Shown: positions 39,561 to 49,744, counted from the stretch's first letter. The stretch: 64,000 nt of DNA from Clostridiales bacterium UBA3678 (GCA_002372935.1 DFJF01000004.1:118002-182001), one strand, 5' to 3'. The notes: generated from the letters alone by a model not told the origin. Numbers and translations are program-made.

Positions 39561-40826
39561 TTATTTTAGAAAATAAATTGTATTTATCTTTATTTTCTTA
39601 GCAAATTCTACTATTTCTTCTCTATTTACTTTTTTTATAAATTCTACATATTGTTCAATACTTATATTGTCTTCACTTAATTCTTGTCCAAAAAAATATA
39701 TTATTTCCGAATCTTGCTCATCACTTATAGATTCTATGTTAGATATAATTATTTTCTTTGCATTTGAAATATCTTCATCAGAAAAATCTGATTTTTCCAT
39801 TGCTTCAACTTGTTCTTTTATAATTTTTAGAGCCTTTTCATAATTTGAAATTTCTATTCCTGCCATAACTAAAATATTTCCATAATTATAGTAGTATCTA
39901 GAATTTGCAGTATATGCTAAACTGGCTTTTTCTCTTACATTTTGAAAAAGTTTAGAGTTTGCGGTGCCTCCAAGTATTGCATTATACATCATTCCTATAT
40001 ATTTAAGATTTTTGTCAAATTCATCATTTTCTGAATTTATAACATCATAACCAATTACCAATTTTCCCTGTGTTACTTCCTGATTTTCATTTACAATATT
40101 TTCTTTTTCTAATTGTTTTTTCTTTTTAAACTCTTTTTTATTATAAATTGGATCTCTTGAATCTAGTTTTTTTATGTTTTTGTTTTCTTCTAAAATTCTT
40201 TTAACATCAGCATTTTCTATTTTTCCAGATACAAAAATATCTATTTTGCATTCATTTATTAATTTTTTATAATATTCATATAAATTTTTTTCATCTATTT
40301 TTTCTAAATCCTCTACATATCCATATTTGTACAAGCCCTCTGGTTCATTTTTATACATTTCTTCCATACATCTAAATAATGAATAAGAAGACTTATTATC
40401 TTTTTTTCCTTCTATAATTTGTTTTATATTCTCTTTTTCTTGATTTACATAGTCTTTGCAGAATTTTTCTTCTTGAATAAAAGGGTCAAAAACAATTTCA
40501 GCCAACATATCTATACTTTTTTGTAACAAATTTTCATTTTTTTTTGGCAAATATTCATCATTTATTGATTCAATATAAAATTTAAATACATGATTTTTAC
40601 CTATTTTGTCTAAACCACAATCAAAATCCGCTCCATATATTTCTTCTAATTCTTTGCTTATTTCTTCTTGATCTTTAAATTCTTCACACCCTCTTCTTAA
40701 AACAGCAGATAATACTGCATTTTTAGTTACATTTTCTCTTTCCAAGGGTGTACTTAAAAAAATTGCTATAAGATTAGTTTTAAATTTATTTGTGTTTATT
40801 AAATGTATTTTTATTCCCTGATTCAT
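39561..40826 (-). CDS. M16-family peptidase-like protein (no HxxEH; non-catalytic partner)
   Basis: M16 fold pattern (GGTANSKLFQNVREKASLAYT) but no HxxEH motif. Start at the ATG at 40826 (MNQGIKIHL) behind AAAGGAA. Confidence 0.75.
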   Translation of the reverse strand: MNQGIKIHLINTNKFKTNLIAIFLSTPLERENVTKNAVLSAVLRRGCEEFKDQEEISKELEEIYGADFDCGLDKIGKNHVFKFYIESINDEYLPKKNENLLQKSIDMLAEIVFDPFIQEEKFCKDYVNQEKENIKQIIEGKKDNKSSYSLFRCMEEMYKNEPEGLYKYGYVEDLEKIDEKNLYEYYKKLINECKIDIFVSGKIENADVKRILEENKNIKKLDSRDPIYNKKEFKKKKQLEKENIVNENQEVTQGKLVIGYDVINSENDEFDKNLKYIGMMYNAILGGTANSKLFQNVREKASLAYTANSRYYYNYGNILVMAGIEISNYEKALKIIKEQVEAMEKSDFSDEDISNAKKIIISNIESISDEQDSEIIYFFGQELSEDNISIEQYVEFIKKVNREEIVEFAKKIKINTIYFLK

Positions 40827-41121
40827 ATTATTTCCTTTTACAAATATATTTAGGTTTTTATGTTGGTTTTGCCTATAAACCATCTATTTTGTGACATAAT
40901 TAGTATACTTCAAATCGAATTTATTATTCAATTTTTTATTATGATTAATATTATACATATATTTAAAAAGTTTTTCAACCAATTTTTATTAGTTCATTAT
41001 GATAAATTTGTCATAATTTTTTAGTCATTTTCTGTTATTCTATTGACAAATTCATAATATCATTATATAACTAAAGTGTAAGCTTTATTTAACTTTTTCT
41101 TGTAAGAAAGGAGTAATTTAT

Positions 41122-42999
41122 ATGAGGCAATTAAACGAACACCAAAAATCAAAACAAATATCACACAAAATCGATAAAATTGAAGAAAAAGAAAATAGTG
41201 AAGTTTTTAAAGTTTCAATCCGGATAAACTTTTCATTAGGATTTATTGAAAATGTCAAGTTTGCCATTTCTATCCATGATCATAAAGATGTGTATGAACT
41301 TTATTATGTAAAAAACGAAGAAGATTGTGGAGAATTTTATGCTATTTTTGAGACCAATGTAGAAATTGCAAAAGTAGCTATTTGTTACTATTATTTTTCA
41401 TTCTACGCAAATAGTGTTTTTCAGTACTATAAAAAATTAAATATTACTGGAAATAATAGTATCATTAAAGAAGAATATTGGAAACTTTCTGTTGGGTTTG
41501 ATGTTCCTGATTGGGCAAAAGGTGCTAATATGTATCATATTTTTGTTGATAGATTTTATAGATCATCTAAAAATAAATTATTACCTATGCCTAGAAGAAC
41601 TATTCATGAAAATTGGAATGATCTCCCTATTTTAGGGCCAGATGAAAATGGAATTTGGAATGCCGATTTTTATGGTGGTGATTTAATTGGAATTAAAGAA
41701 AAAATACCATATCTTAAATCTTTAAGTATTGATATTATTTATTTAAGCCCAATATGTCTGAGCCAGTCAAATCATCGATATGATACTGCTGATTATGAAA
41801 ATGTTGACCCTTATGTAGGAACAAATGAAGATTTAAAAGATCTTTGTGATGAACTTCATAAAAATGGTATGAAATTAATTCTTGATGCTGTTTTTAACCA
41901 TACAGGTGATGACAGCAAATACTTTAACAAGCTTGGAACTTATCCAACAGTTGGAGCATATCAAAGTCAAGATTCTCCATTTTTTGATTTTTATGTAAGA
42001 CGCTGGTTTCAAGGAGAACAGGATTTTTCTTACTGGTGGGGATTAGAAAATCTTCCAGAATGTGATTCAAACTCTAATCATTGGAGAGAATATATTTTCG
42101 GTGAAAATGGAGTAATTGACAAATGGTTTGCTTTGGGAATTGATGGATTACGGCTCGATGTAGCTGATTGTCTTAGTGATGAATTTATCGAAGGAATTGT
42201 TTCTGCAGTCAAAAGAAATAAAAAAGATGGTTTAGTTATCGGTGAGGTTTGGAAAAACCCAATGAGAATGAACCGTAGTTATATTTCTTCTGGTAAAGGA
42301 ATGCATTCTGTAATGAATTATCTTCTTGTAGATGCTTTAATCAGATATTATAAATATACTGATATTTCTAAATTAGATAATACCATTCAAGAAATCATGA
42401 ATGAATATCCTGAAGGAACAATTCAAACAATGATGAATTTTACATCAACTCATGACATTTCAAGACTTATTGAGTTTTTCTCTACTAATTCATTTCAAGA
42501 ATATGGAGAATGGTCTTGGGATTTGTTAAATAGTGATTTAGGTTGGATTTCTTCACATAAGCTCACTCCATGTGAATACGATTATGGAAAAATCACTTTA
42601 AAATCATATATTACTGTTTTAGCATTTTTCCCTGGTATCTTTTCTATCTTTTATGGTGATGAAGTTGGTCATGAAGGAATTGGAAACCTTGCAAATAGAG
42701 GTCCATTTCCTTGGCATAGTGCAGACTTTGATTTACTTCAGTTTTTCCAGAAAATCTGTTTTATTCGTAAAAAGGAAACTTTTTTAAAAACAGCAGATTT
42801 AAAAATTCTTGAATTAAATGCTAATTATATTTCTTATGAAAGATATGATGGTGAAAACTCTATTATTGTTATTGCTAGCAGAACACATCATGTTGTAAAC
42901 TTAGATCAACAGTTTGACTCTTACGAAATTATTTTTAATTTGCCAAATTGTTCGAAATCTGAGCTTTCTCCATATGGTGCTCTGGTTTTAAAAAATTGA
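41122..42999 (+). CDS. GH13 alpha-amylase-family enzyme (neopullulanase/cyclomaltodextrinase-like)
   Basis: GH13 conserved regions DAVFNHTG, GIDGLRLDVA, GEVW and FTSTHD. Confidence 0.88.
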   Translation: MRQLNEHQKSKQISHKIDKIEEKENSEVFKVSIRINFSLGFIENVKFAISIHDHKDVYELYYVKNEEDCGEFYAIFETNVEIAKVAICYYYFSFYANSVFQYYKKLNITGNNSIIKEEYWKLSVGFDVPDWAKGANMYHIFVDRFYRSSKNKLLPMPRRTIHENWNDLPILGPDENGIWNADFYGGDLIGIKEKIPYLKSLSIDIIYLSPICLSQSNHRYDTADYENVDPYVGTNEDLKDLCDELHKNGMKLILDAVFNHTGDDSKYFNKLGTYPTVGAYQSQDSPFFDFYVRRWFQGEQDFSYWWGLENLPECDSNSNHWREYIFGENGVIDKWFALGIDGLRLDVADCLSDEFIEGIVSAVKRNKKDGLVIGEVWKNPMRMNRSYISSGKGMHSVMNYLLVDALIRYYKYTDISKLDNTIQEIMNEYPEGTIQTMMNFTSTHDISRLIEFFSTNSFQEYGEWSWDLLNSDLGWISSHKLTPCEYDYGKITLKSYITVLAFFPGIFSIFYGDEVGHEGIGNLANRGPFPWHSADFDLLQFFQKICFIRKKETFLKTADLKILELNANYISYERYDGENSIIVIASRTHHVVNLDQQFDSYEIIFNLPNCSKSELSPYGALVLKN

Positions 43000-43006
43000 T
43001 GCCTCA

Positions 43007-43038
43007 AAAGGATATGGCTACTGCCATATCCTTTTTTG
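43007..43038 (+). terminator. rho-independent terminator of the GH13 gene
   Basis: AAAAGGATATGGC-tact-GCCATATCCTTTTTT. Confidence 0.75.
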
Positions 43039-43167
43039 TCAGTTTAAATTTAATACATTTATGTTACATAAAACTGGTAAATTATGGAATTTTTAATTAT
43101 TTCCTTGCATTTTTAAAGTATTTATGATATAATATAGTTCTATATCCAAAAGGAGGTATTCAGAAAA

Positions 43168-43383
43168 ATGGATGTTAACGAATTAATTGATAAGAGTATA
43201 TGCTTCGATGAAGTGTATCGGAAAAAGCAGTTTTTATTATTGCTAGATGAGTTTCCTCAAATAAGAGAAGAGATTGAGATTTTAATGAAAAAGGAAAAAA
43301 ATATTGAATGGGTCTTAAGAGCTGAGGAAGAAGATGTCTACTTTATTTTTGACGATGAACGTTGGAAAAGAAACAAAATATGA
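43168..43383 (+). CDS. hypothetical small protein
   Basis: 71-aa ORF behind an AAAGGAGG RBS. No family recognised. Confidence 0.45.
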   Translation: MDVNELIDKSICFDEVYRKKQFLLLLDEFPQIREEIEILMKKEKNIEWVLRAEEEDVYFIFDDERWKRNKI

Positions 43384-43462
43384 AATAAAGCTTATGTTCA
43401 GTTATTATTTGTTGGTCATGAACGTTTTCCAGTAATTAAAATTTTCATTTTCTAACATCCAA

Positions 43463-43507
43463 AATCCCCAAAATTTCTAATTAGAAATTTTGGGGATTAC
43501 TTTTTTA
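43463..43507 (+). terminator. 36-bp perfect palindrome + T-run terminator abutting the IS21 end
   Basis: AATCCCCAAAATTTCTAA/TTAGAAATTTTGGGGATT followed by ACTTTTTT. Confidence 0.7.
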
Positions 43508-43578
43508 GGTGTTAATGTCAATAAGGAAATGTACAAAATTTTGAATTTAGTTATGTACAATTTTGTACATTATTAAAT

Positions 43579-44337
43579 TCAAGTTTCTTCTGCAATTTCT
43601 GATTTTAATTTATCTTTGAGTCTGTAAGAATTTCCATTTATATTTATAATATGTGAATGATGTAAAAGTCTGTCTAATATTGCGTTTGCTAATGTTACAT
43701 CTCCAAATATTTCATACCACTTTCCAAAAGGTTTATTTGTTGTTATTATTGTGGAATGATTTTCATATCTTTTATTTATTAGTTGAAATAACATATTTGC
43801 TCCCTCGTTATCTATTGGCAAAAATCCCATCTCATCTATTATTAAAACTTTATATTTCGCATAATGATTTAATCTATTCATAAACCTATTTTCTGAATTT
43901 GCTTTCTTTAAATTTGATATCAGATCATTGCAATTTATAAAATATGTTGAATCTCTGTTCTTTGCTGCGACTATTCCTATTGATGTTGCTAAATGTGTTT
44001 TTCCAACTCCTGGACTTCCTACAAATATTATATTTTCCTTATTCTCTATAAATCTTAAGTTTTTAAAATCTAATATTTGCTCTTTATTTATTGTTGGCTG
44101 AAATGAAAAATCAAAATCCTCAAAGTTCTTTATAAATGGAAATCCTGCTGTTCTTACACATCCATATATTGCTTTTTCATTCATTAATTCTATTTCTAAA
44201 TTTGTTAATTCATATAGACTTTCTACTACATCTTTTTCTTTCTTATTTATTAGCTCGATATACTTATCCAAGTTTTGCTTTATTCTTTCTAATTTTAATA
44301 TTTCCAAATTATTTATTAATTTTATATAATTACTCAT
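43579..44337 (-). CDS. istB: IS21-family helper ATPase IstB
   Basis: Walker A GSPGVGKTHL, Walker B LIIDEMGFLP, and LLHHSHIININGNSYR tail. Confidence 0.9.
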   Translation of the reverse strand: MSNYIKLINNLEILKLERIKQNLDKYIELINKKEKDVVESLYELTNLEIELMNEKAIYGCVRTAGFPFIKNFEDFDFSFQPTINKEQILDFKNLRFIENKENIIFVGSPGVGKTHLATSIGIVAAKNRDSTYFINCNDLISNLKKANSENRFMNRLNHYAKYKVLIIDEMGFLPIDNEGANMLFQLINKRYENHSTIITTNKPFGKWYEIFGDVTLANAILDRLLHHSHIININGNSYRLKDKLKSEIAEET

Positions 44338-44338
44338 T

Positions 44339-45565
44339 TTATTTTACCTCACATAATTTATTTAAATTCTCTAAATTCTTTTTTGCTAATGCTTCTATTT
44401 GTTCTTGCGTTTTATTTTGTAATATTCCGCTAAGTCCTTCTATATAGTGTTCTTCTTTATAATTTATATTTTTTTCTGAAATTTCATGTATTGTTATTAA
44501 TTCTTTGTTATAATATACATAGAGCTTGTTATTCTCTTCTTGAATGGATAATGTATGTTCTATGTATTTATTTGGAACTGAATATCTTTTACCTTTATAA
44601 TAAAATAATGATTCATTTGATATTTTTATTTGCTTTGTGGATATCAAATATTGTTCCATTATTTTTTGATTTGGTAGTGGTTTAAGATATTCTTTTTCCT
44701 TATTAAATAGTATAATTGGTGCTACTCCTATTGTCGAATTTACTTGTCTATTTACTTTTATATTTATTTCCTTAATTATTTTTACTAATTCTTCTTCATC
44801 TTCAAATTCATGATTATATGGTATTAACCAGCTCATAAATCTATTTGCTGACTCATCTTTTCCTTTTGTATATGGATGTCTCGGTTTACACTTTTTAGCA
44901 TTTATTCCTATATCTTTTATAAATGCTTTAAATTCATCTGAAAATTCTCCTGTTTTGGTATTTACTATACTACTCATATTATCTGTAAGTAATTCTTCTG
45001 GCAATCCCCCAATATATTCAAATGTTTTTATCAAACTTCTTTGTACATCAATTCTTGTTTTAAATTTACTATATATAAATACATGTAATCTACTTGAACC
45101 AAGTGTTGATGATAATATATTAAATTCAAATACTTCGCCATGTTTACTCACCATTCTTATATCTTCTTTCCAATCAAATTGTAATTGTTTTCCCATATCT
45201 GTTTCAAATCTTAAATGTGCTTTATTATTCTTTTTAGGCTTTAATTTATGTTTGTTTATGTACTTATAAAAATTTGAATATGTTCCTATATTATTATCTT
45301 CACTAAAATATTGATATAATCCTGTTATTGTTATTCCTGGCAATTCCAATTTTTCTTTAATTTCATTTTTTAAATTATCCAATTTTGATTTTCTAATTAT
45401 CTTAATATTTTCTCTACAATATCCATTATTATATTTTTCAATTGTTCGTCTATCTATCTTATATATTCTTGATAATTCTGAATAATTTGGTTTTATATTT
45501 AAAGTCTTCATTATTAATAACTCCTGTTTTATTTTTTCTAATTTTTTTCTATATTCTTCATTCAT
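44339..45565 (-). CDS. istA: IS21-family transposase IstA
   Basis: N-terminal HTH and a DDE core (LQFDWKED..., LLTDNMSSIV, PRHPYTKGKDESANRF). Its stop abuts the istB start. Confidence 0.9.
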   Translation of the reverse strand: MNEEYRKKLEKIKQELLIMKTLNIKPNYSELSRIYKIDRRTIEKYNNGYCRENIKIIRKSKLDNLKNEIKEKLELPGITITGLYQYFSEDNNIGTYSNFYKYINKHKLKPKKNNKAHLRFETDMGKQLQFDWKEDIRMVSKHGEVFEFNILSSTLGSSRLHVFIYSKFKTRIDVQRSLIKTFEYIGGLPEELLTDNMSSIVNTKTGEFSDEFKAFIKDIGINAKKCKPRHPYTKGKDESANRFMSWLIPYNHEFEDEEELVKIIKEINIKVNRQVNSTIGVAPIILFNKEKEYLKPLPNQKIMEQYLISTKQIKISNESLFYYKGKRYSVPNKYIEHTLSIQEENNKLYVYYNKELITIHEISEKNINYKEEHYIEGLSGILQNKTQEQIEALAKKNLENLNKLCEVK

Positions 45566-45707
45566 TTTGTTATACCTCCATCAAAAGTATAACAAAAAAG
45601 AATGTACTTTTGGGAATTTATCTTTGTACATTTTTGTACATTATTAAATTCCATTTTTTGTACATTCTTATTTTATCATTAACAAAAATAAATTTAATTA
45701 CTATTAG

Positions 45708-45797
45708 AAATCAAATACAATTAGTAAAAATCTCATAAAACCTTCCAATAAAAATCAAACGAAATTAGTACAAATTTCCTAAAATATTCCAATAAAA
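45708..45797. repeat. imperfect tandem duplication, 2 x about 44 bp
   Basis: AAATCAAATACAATTAGTAAAAATCTCATAAAACCTTCCAATAAA / AAATCAAACGAAATTAGTACAAATTTCCTAAAATATTCCAATAAA, about 80% identical. Confidence 0.7.
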
Positions 45798-45938
45798 ATT
45801 GGGAAGAAATTGGTGATCAAATTTTCAAAATCACTCCAATTTTAACAAAATTGTACATCAAACAAAAAAACAGCAAAGTACTAATATCACTAGCATACAA
45901 TACAATTCAACACATCTAACAAAACATGTTATGTAGCC

Positions 45939-45983
45939 CTCATAACCCGAAGGTCGTAAGTTCGAGTCTTACCCCCGCAACCA
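45939..45983 (+). pseudogene. 3' fragment (45 nt) of initiator tRNA-Met: anticodon loop to CCA, no 5' half
   Basis: CTCATAACCCGAAGGTCGTAAGTTCGAGTCTTACCCCCGCAACCA = CAU anticodon loop, AGGTC variable loop, GTAAG/CTTAC T-stem, and acceptor 3' strand CCCCGCA + A + CCA. The required 5' strand TGCGGGG and a D-arm are absent upstream. Confidence 0.85.
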
Positions 45984-45991
45984 AACAGTAG

Positions 45992-46026
45992 TCACTAGAA
46001 CCATAACGGTTTTAGTGATTTTTTTG
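45992..46026 (+). terminator. terminator hairpin after the tRNA fragment
   Basis: TCACTAGAACC-ataac-GGTTTTAGTGA followed by TTTTTTTG. Confidence 0.65.
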
Positions 46027-46191
46027 TTTTGCTTAAAGGTTGCTATAATTACTAAAAAGTGCTTCCTTATGTCAATTTGGGGAAAAATTGGGGATGAACT
46101 CCTAAAACTAGACCTTTGTAATACTATAAATTTCAATAAAATTCATAGCTGATAAATATGAGAGCAAAAAAGATTTAGTAATATTGAATTG

Positions 46192-47388
46192 CTAATGTGC
46201 GTTAGTCACTAATAAATTTTCTAGTACGTTTCCTGCGTGTTTATCGTGTGATTTTAAAGGATGTACATAGAAATTATAGGTTGTAGTAATCTGTGCATGA
46301 CCTAGTCTTGCTGATACAGTTGCTACATCTACTTGCTGAGCTATAAGCAATGTTGCATTTGTATGGCGTAACCCATGAAATGTTATAACAGGTAAGCCAA
46401 TTTGTTTAATAAATTTTTCAAACCATTTACTAATAGTTGATGGTGTAATTGGTTTGCCATCTACTTGTACAAATAACCTATCAGAATCGTGCCAGAAATC
46501 GCCTACAATCGTTTTTTGTTCTTCATACCATAATTTATATTCTTCGAGTAAAGAAACGATAAAATCGGGAATAGCGACTTCACGAATTGAACTTTCTGTT
46601 TTAGGACTTTTTGTAAATATTCCTTTGTCAGATAAATATTGACTTGATTTGTTTATGCTGATAATTCCATTTTTTAAATCTATATCAGACCATTCAAGTC
46701 CAGCTAGTTCTCCAAGTCTTGCACCTATAAATATGTCTAGTAAAACTGCAACTTTGTATTTGATGTCATTGCCTGTTAGCTTTTCTAAATTATCTATTAG
46801 AATTCTAGTTTGAACTTCATCATAACATTCACGTTTAGGTTTAGGTGCTTTAGGTGGTTGCACACGTTCTGCAGGATTATTTACAATCATTTGCCAATAA
46901 ACAGCCTTAGTTAGCATAGCATGTAAAAGCCTATGATGTTCTAAAATTGTTTTCTTTGATAATGGTTTTCTAGTTTTCTTTCCATTGTTGTTTTTCTTTC
47001 TAACTATTTGAGTATCTTCATCTAATAAATTATAGAATTGCATAATATCAATAGGTCTTATTTTATTTAACCTAAAATGTCCAAAATAGGGAAGAATTCT
47101 AGATTCTAGCATTCCTTTATATCTGCTATATGTAGATGGCGCAAGTTCTTTTAGTCCATAATCTCTTTTCCATATTTCAACGAATTCTTTAAATGTTGGG
47201 ACAGTTCCATCAACTACAAATCCGTTTTCTACTTGTGCAATATATTTTGCAAGTTCAGTTCTCGCTTCTGATTTGTTTTTGCAATGGACTGTCTTTTGAT
47301 GTCTTATAGCTTTTCCATCTAGATCATAGCCTTTAAAGACTACTAATCTATAACTGTTTTTTCCACGCTTTTCAATACTACCAGTCAA
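46192..47388 (-). CDS. int: tyrosine-type site-specific integrase
   Basis: N-terminal SAM-like domain. Catalytic set in ARLGELAGLEW, HGLRHTNATLL and LGHAQITTTYNFYVH. Confidence 0.92.
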   Translation of the reverse strand: MTGSIEKRGKNSYRLVVFKGYDLDGKAIRHQKTVHCKNKSEARTELAKYIAQVENGFVVDGTVPTFKEFVEIWKRDYGLKELAPSTYSRYKGMLESRILPYFGHFRLNKIRPIDIMQFYNLLDEDTQIVRKKNNNGKKTRKPLSKKTILEHHRLLHAMLTKAVYWQMIVNNPAERVQPPKAPKPKRECYDEVQTRILIDNLEKLTGNDIKYKVAVLLDIFIGARLGELAGLEWSDIDLKNGIISINKSSQYLSDKGIFTKSPKTESSIREVAIPDFIVSLLEEYKLWYEEQKTIVGDFWHDSDRLFVQVDGKPITPSTISKWFEKFIKQIGLPVITFHGLRHTNATLLIAQQVDVATVSARLGHAQITTTYNFYVHPLKSHDKHAGNVLENLLVTNAH

Positions 47389-47580
47389 CTTTTTGCCTCC
47401 TTTCGTTTTATTTAGTAATAGAGTGTATTACTATGATTTTATTGTATCATCAGGAAGAAAGAAAACAAAACCCGACAATGAAAATTAGTTTATAAATAAT
47501 TATTGTATGGTGAATACACTATTTAAGTATTGTATAAAATATGATATAATCAATGTGACGATTAGATTTGGAGGAAAAAC

Positions 47581-48615
47581 ATGAGTGAAACAATACATAA
47601 ACTTAATATAAAAGAAGATGAAAGCATTTTGCCTATTGGAACGAAAAATGGATGTCTTACTATAATTGATGATTTTTCAGCTTATCAAAATGAAGTTGCA
47701 CAAAAAAAGATTGAAAAATTAGAAAAAGAAAAGCAAGACTTTATAGATGGAATTAAGCTAGAAACAAATAACTTTGAATCGGTTGATACATTTGATGATT
47801 GGATTAAGCATTGTAGAAATGCACAATATTATAAATGTCAATGCAAGTGTGGTCAAATTCATTTCTTAGATAAATCAAGATTTTTGAGGAAGAGGCATAG
47901 ATATTGCTCCAATGATTGTGGAATTAAAAAAAAGCATAATCAAGATATTCTAGATAGTTATGAAAGAGTAAAAGATGAAAGCTATGATAAAAAATTATTG
48001 AATACAATTTTTGAATCTCTAGAAATTATAGAGTGTGTTAATGATAATTATGAAAGATTGTATGGCTATCATGATAAAAGAAAAAAAGGTGGAGGAACAT
48101 ATAAAATATACAAAATATACAAATGTCGTTGTTACTTATGTGGAAAGGAATATGAGATAATATCTTCGCAATTCAAAATTAAAAATGATACATATGGTTC
48201 AAATGCAACTAAAGGATATTATAGTGATGCATACTGTGATTGCCATAAAATATCATCTTTTCAATGGAGGACGATTGACCTATTTCAAAAATATGATGTG
48301 AATTATAGAGTTGAAGTTTCTTTTCCAGATTTATATGGTATAGGAAATAAAAATCAATTAAGATATGATTTTGCAATATATGATAAGGATGGCAATATTA
48401 AATATTTAATTGAATGCCAAGGAGAACAACATTATAAACCAGTAAAAGAGTTTGGAGGAAATTATCAATATAATGTTCAAAAGGAAAATGATAATTTAAA
48501 AAGAGAATATGCAAATAAAAATATGATTAAATTAATAGAAATACCATATAAATGCAATACTTATGAAAAAGAAGAAGAGTTTCTAATAAATGAAGGAGTA
48601 ATATCAATAAAATAA
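47581..48615 (+). CDS. hypothetical Cys-motif protein with C-terminal Vsr/DUF559-like (PD-(D/E)XK-type) module
   Basis: Several CxC/CxxC pairs (CQCKCG, CSNDCG, CRCYLCG, CDCH). C-terminal LRYDFAIYDKDGNIKYLIECQGEQHY...LKREYANKNMIKLIEIPY resembles the DUF559/Vsr-type nuclease core. Confidence 0.45.
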   Translation: MSETIHKLNIKEDESILPIGTKNGCLTIIDDFSAYQNEVAQKKIEKLEKEKQDFIDGIKLETNNFESVDTFDDWIKHCRNAQYYKCQCKCGQIHFLDKSRFLRKRHRYCSNDCGIKKKHNQDILDSYERVKDESYDKKLLNTIFESLEIIECVNDNYERLYGYHDKRKKGGGTYKIYKIYKCRCYLCGKEYEIISSQFKIKNDTYGSNATKGYYSDAYCDCHKISSFQWRTIDLFQKYDVNYRVEVSFPDLYGIGNKNQLRYDFAIYDKDGNIKYLIECQGEQHYKPVKEFGGNYQYNVQKENDNLKREYANKNMIKLIEIPYKCNTYEKEEEFLINEGVISIK

Positions 48616-48622
48616 GGAAGTA

Positions 48623-49609
48623 CTACTTCCTTATTTTCATGTATTCAAGCCACTCAATTAATTCTTCGCCAGTTATTAATCCTTTTTTATATCTTTCTTG
48701 ATAAATTGGATATTCCTCTCTAAAGCATTCAAAAAGTCTTTCCACTTTTTCAGAAGCACCTATTGAGACTTGTTTATGTAAGTTTTTATATCTTTTCCTG
48801 CATTTTTGCAGATATATATCATCTTTTTCATTTTTTCTATCGCGTTCTTCTTTTGCAATTTCAAAACAAGTTTTAGTATCAGTATATAAGTTATTACAAT
48901 ATTGTTGTTCTTTATTTTTAGTATGTATAAACCAATAGTTACAATTTTTGCAACATTCAAATTTTATATTCTTAATATTACTTATTAATTCTTTTACAAT
49001 ACAATATAAAAGATTTTCAACAGAATCAGAAGAAAATGTGTAATTCATTGATAAATTTTCAGGTATATTGTTCATAAAAAATGTGTTTAAATTATAATTT
49101 ATAAATAATGTAGGATTTTCTTCTAATATAGTGTTTATAGCAGAGTAATTATGTTCTTTTTCAGCAAGGTATTCTATAATATCATAATCCTTATCTAAAA
49201 TATCAGTAATATTTAAGATGTTCTTATAATAACTGTTAGTAAAGACTTGCTCTAATCTAATTTTAAGCATTGAAAAATTTAATGATAATTCATCATATAT
49301 CCAGTCAATAAAGTCTTGTAAGTATTCTCTATTTAATACAATAGAATAATTATTTATATCACCTAAAATTTTATTATCATATAAGCTCAATAAATGAATG
49401 AATAAGTAATCTTTGACAAAAATAGTAAAATCTATATGATCATCAAAATCTGTGTTCATAAAATCTAGTAAAAAATTTCCTAATTCTTGTTCTTTTGGGC
49501 AAGCTGTTTTAATTCTTATTTTTTTATTATCAACTTCTTCTAATGCATAGCTAGAAATATATTCTTTAAAGTTTTTAAAATCAAAAATTATTTCAAGATT
49601 TGCAATCAT
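48623..49609 (-). CDS. hypothetical protein with C-terminal Cys cluster
   Basis: Start at the ATG at 49609 (MIANLEI) behind a GGGGGT RBS. CCKNCNYWFIHTKNKEQQYCNN...C motif. No family recognised. Confidence 0.45.
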   Translation of the reverse strand: MIANLEIIFDFKNFKEYISSYALEEVDNKKIRIKTACPKEQELGNFLLDFMNTDFDDHIDFTIFVKDYLFIHLLSLYDNKILGDINNYSIVLNREYLQDFIDWIYDELSLNFSMLKIRLEQVFTNSYYKNILNITDILDKDYDIIEYLAEKEHNYSAINTILEENPTLFINYNLNTFFMNNIPENLSMNYTFSSDSVENLLYCIVKELISNIKNIKFECCKNCNYWFIHTKNKEQQYCNNLYTDTKTCFEIAKEERDRKNEKDDIYLQKCRKRYKNLHKQVSIGASEKVERLFECFREEYPIYQERYKKGLITGEELIEWLEYMKIRK

Positions 49610-49744
49610 AAAATACCCCCTACAATTCATAAATAAATATTTTTTCATTTGTACGGTTTTTAATTCTTAAATAGACAATTAAAATAACAATTAGTAATTA
49701 GCTAGTTACATTATACAAAGCATTTTACAAAAAAACATAAAAAA

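Larger units (their letters stand above)
43510..45684 (-). mobile_element. IS21-family insertion sequence (istA + istB, apparently intact)
   Basis: Imperfect terminal inverted repeats: TGTTAATGTCAATAAGGAAATGTACAAAA at 43510 versus the reverse complement of 45656-45684, TGTTAATGATAAAATAAGAATGTACAAAA. Extra internal TGTACA-containing repeats at both ends. Total 2,175 bp. Boundaries approximate. Confidence 0.8.

Noticed and set aside
45907-45983. Tested whether a complete tRNA-Met gene is present.
   Set aside because: Only the anticodon loop, variable loop, T-arm and 3' acceptor strand are present. Upstream sequence has no TGCGGGG acceptor strand, no D-arm, and the 5' anticodon stem does not pair (TAGCC versus the required TCGGG).
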